Of a DNA stretch of 64,000 nucleotides, positions 61,576-64,000 are shown in pieces. Under the pieces are notes generated by a model. The model saw nothing but the letters and a program-made list of their open reading frames with translations, made no database searches and was not told the origin of the DNA. Source of the DNA: a virus; IMG/VR virus record IMGVR_UViG_3300021591_000018, positions 12,754 through 76,753 of that record; one strand, 5' to 3'. Position 1 is the first letter of the stretch; the number at the start of each line of letters is the position of its first letter. A program made the translations under genes and the position numbers.

Positions 61576-64000
61576 ATGCCGTTCGACTACGAGAAGTACG
61601 TTAGGATTTGGTTCGACTGGGTCATCAAGCACCCTGATGTACCGAAGCGGATCGTAGCTGACATGGAAATGCTACTGGGTTCGCTAAAAGACGTCGACCG
61701 CATCATGCGTGCACGTGGTATTGAGTTTAAGGTTCCTCCAGAAGTTCTGAAAACATTCAAACTTTTGAAGGAGAGTACTGACGACTATCGTCAAATCGCA
61801 GAGTCTGTAACTGAGTCACTTGACGTGGTCCGGGACGTACTCGCTTCCGTCGATCAAAATGCTGTACGTCTCGGGACCGATATCACTGCGATGGGCGCAA
61901 CATTTGAACGGTTAACTGATGTGTCTGAGGACTTCATGTTCCTCTACAAGAAAGGTCAGGCACTTTATCGATTCTTTGCACGTGTCGACGGTATGCTGGA
62001 TAGCATAAAACGTCGAGCCGAAGATGCCGGTGTGGCGATGACGACTTGGATGCGACAAATGCGACGACGATTCCGTCTGCCGGTTCCAGGTCCAGCCGCG
62101 ACTTACTACGGCATCCTTCGAATGCGTCGAATCGCCCGTGAGAACATTCGAATGCTTCAGAACCAGCTACGATGGGCGAGGGCAAACATAAAGCAGGACT
62201 ATAAACGTGGAATTGTGATGCGTGAGCTTGCAAGGAAGATCGCGTTCGCTGAAGCAGCTGCGAAAGACCTCTACGAAACTGGACAGAAGATTTTACCGTG
62301 GACCCAACGTCTGACTGAAGCATCGAAGATAATGATTGAGCTCCCACGGAAGAAACTCGAATACGACATTATCGCTCGTAAGATAACAGCTTCTGGTGAG
62401 GAAGTCCGTAAGAAGTTCCGTGACATCGCAAGTGATGTTGCCGAGCTCGAGGAGCGTATCGACCAAGCCTTCAAACCAGCAGAGGAGGAAGTGGAACTAT
62501 TTCGTCGATCAACCGAGAGTCTTGCTGAGTCTGCAGATGCCGTCTTTGGTGGAATGGATACGACAGGCATGGACGAATTCGCAAAGTCGGTTGCAACGGT
62601 CCGGACACTTTGTGAGGAACTTGGTCGTGATGCTGAGGAATACCTACAGCCACTATTCCGTTATGGTGAGACTCCGGAGGCACTTGAATACCTCGATTGG
62701 GTCATTCAAAAACTGCGTGATGACCTAGATGTACTCCGACGAACTGGCGGACGTGCATTCGAAGACCTAAGGACAAGAGCTCGAGAAGTTCGTGCACTTC
62801 CCGCTGCGTTACCAGGGTTACCTGAATTACCTCCTGCTTCAATCTTCGATCGATTACAGGCACTCTACTACCGTCTTCGTCACAATGTCACACGTGCAAT
62901 CTCGCCGTTGCGTGGTTTATTCTCCTCATGGAAGTTCGAGGCAAGACGTACAGCCGACGTTAACTACTTTGCGGTGCGAAGTTTCTACGATCTCTGTGAC
63001 TCACAGCGACAGCTTGCACGTGACATGATCTATCAGTACTTCCAGTGGCTGAACGTATACAAGGTTGTGCGTGACTACATTGTCCAGCTTTACGATGCTG
63101 CTGGAATGCAGGAGATTCTTGGCGCTTCCTCACAACAGCTTTCCCGGCGTATCAGTAACCTTGCTGCACGCATAACGAACGCAATTCTTGCTGGTAAGGA
63201 GCAGGAAGAGCAGCAACGTAGTGCTGGGGCAGTCTTACGTAGGTTCATGCGTGAGATCGGACGGACATCTTGGCGTCTGAGCTGGTTCGGATACCGTATG
63301 GTAATGGTCGGTAGGATACTCTCACGTGCATGGATTCCGCGAGTACAAGACGCAGTTGCAGCCCTAGTCAACTGGCAGAAGACATTGCCAACTGTAATGC
63401 TTGCTATTGGTATGCTCGCGGGAACGATGAACCTTACACAGGAACGGTTTGAAGGCCTCTGGGACACTGCAACGAGGATCATCGAACAAGGTCCGGAGAT
63501 GGAAGCCGCATGGTTCCACTTCTCTGCTGCACTACTCGGAATTTCGGCTATCATCGGTGAACAGGTGAAGCCGTTACTGTTCGCACTTGGTGATATGCTT
63601 CTGAGACTCGCTCCAGTTATTGAGACTACACTTGCACCTGCCCTTCAGAGCCTTGTCGATATGATCATCCAAAACTTGCCACTCATAGAGCAAATTATTG
63701 CGCAAGCACTACCTGCATTCGCTGAAGGCTTCAAACTTGGTGCCCAAGCAATGATAACTTTCATGAAGTTCTTTGCACCAGTTCTACCCGGACTTGCTAA
63801 GTTGCTGGGAGTTATGCTCGCATTTGCACCGATACTCGAACCAATTGGACACTTACTGTACTTCGTGGGCACTGCATTTGCTGGACTTGCAATGACTGTT
63901 GCATTCGTCTCAAGTGTCTTATCTATTGCACAGACAGCGCTGAGCACACTTGCGATGACACTCGGCTTGACAAACCCCGCCACTGCTGCACTCATAGCAG
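61576..64000 (+). CDS. Tape measure protein, 3'-truncated by the window
   Basis: Long helical ORF from ATG 61576 with no stop seen before the window end; Ala/Leu/Gly-rich amphipathic stretches; follows the chaperone. Confidence 0.8.
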   Translation, partial: MPFDYEKYVRIWFDWVIKHPDVPKRIVADMEMLLGSLKDVDRIMRARGIEFKVPPEVLKTFKLLKESTDDYRQIAESVTESLDVVRDVLASVDQNAVRLGTDITAMGATFERLTDVSEDFMFLYKKGQALYRFFARVDGMLDSIKRRAEDAGVAMTTWMRQMRRRFRLPVPGPAATYYGILRMRRIARENIRMLQNQLRWARANIKQDYKRGIVMRELARKIAFAEAAAKDLYETGQKILPWTQRLTEASKIMIELPRKKLEYDIIARKITASGEEVRKKFRDIASDVAELEERIDQAFKPAEEEVELFRRSTESLAESADAVFGGMDTTGMDEFAKSVATVRTLCEELGRDAEEYLQPLFRYGETPEALEYLDWVIQKLRDDLDVLRRTGGRAFEDLRTRAREVRALPAALPGLPELPPASIFDRLQALYYRLRHNVTRAISPLRGLFSSWKFEARRTADVNYFAVRSFYDLCDSQRQLARDMIYQYFQWLNVYKVVRDYIVQLYDAAGMQEILGASSQQLSRRISNLAARITNAILAGKEQEEQQRSAGAVLRRFMREIGRTSWRLSWFGYRMVMVGRILSRAWIPRVQDAVAALVNWQKTLPTVMLAIGMLAGTMNLTQERFEGLWDTATRIIEQGPEMEAAWFHFSAALLGISAIIGEQVKPLLFALGDMLLRLAPVIETTLAPALQSLVDMIIQNLPLIEQIIAQALPAFAEGFKLGAQAMITFMKFFAPVLPGLAKLLGVMLAFAPILEPIGHLLYFVGTAFAGLAMTVAFVSSVLSIAQTALSTLAMTLGLTNPATAALIA

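Noticed and set aside
45986-63995. Numerous minus-strand ORFs in the structural module and plus-strand ORFs in the left arm
   Set aside because: Shadow ORFs antisense to well-supported genes, with no RBS or motifs.
1-64000. tRNA/rRNA genes, integrase or transposase
   Set aside because: None recognised by eye; tRNAscan-SE and HMM searches would be needed to exclude them.

Overview
About 64 kb of a tailed (HK97-fold) archaeal virus genome. The eS30 gene points to a TACK/Asgard-type host and the class III RNR to an anaerobic one. Positions ~0.5-45 kb are almost all minus-strand: a 7-deazaguanine DNA-modification set (folE, queD, queE, queC, dpdA-like); replication/recombination genes (PolB, short MCM-like ATPase, XPF, Cas4-like nucleases, SSB-like protein, Sak4/AAA_24-like ATPase, minimal AEP); host-like TBP, Spt5 and ribosomal protein eS30; NrdD; a MoxR/VWA pair; and many small paralogous genes. 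From 45.2 kb the plus strand carries the virion module: intein-containing terminase, portal, a 1358-aa MBL/ligase/phosphoesterase fusion, protease/scaffold, capsid, tail genes and a truncated tape measure. Two findings stand out. (1) A 269-nt bulge-helix-bulge intron splits the Walker A motif of a viral ATPase gene and contains competing alternative helices. (2) A 1,163-nt stretch has no G on the plus strand and encodes four intact genes written without C, next to the terminase. All calls come from reading motifs by eye; no database searches were run.
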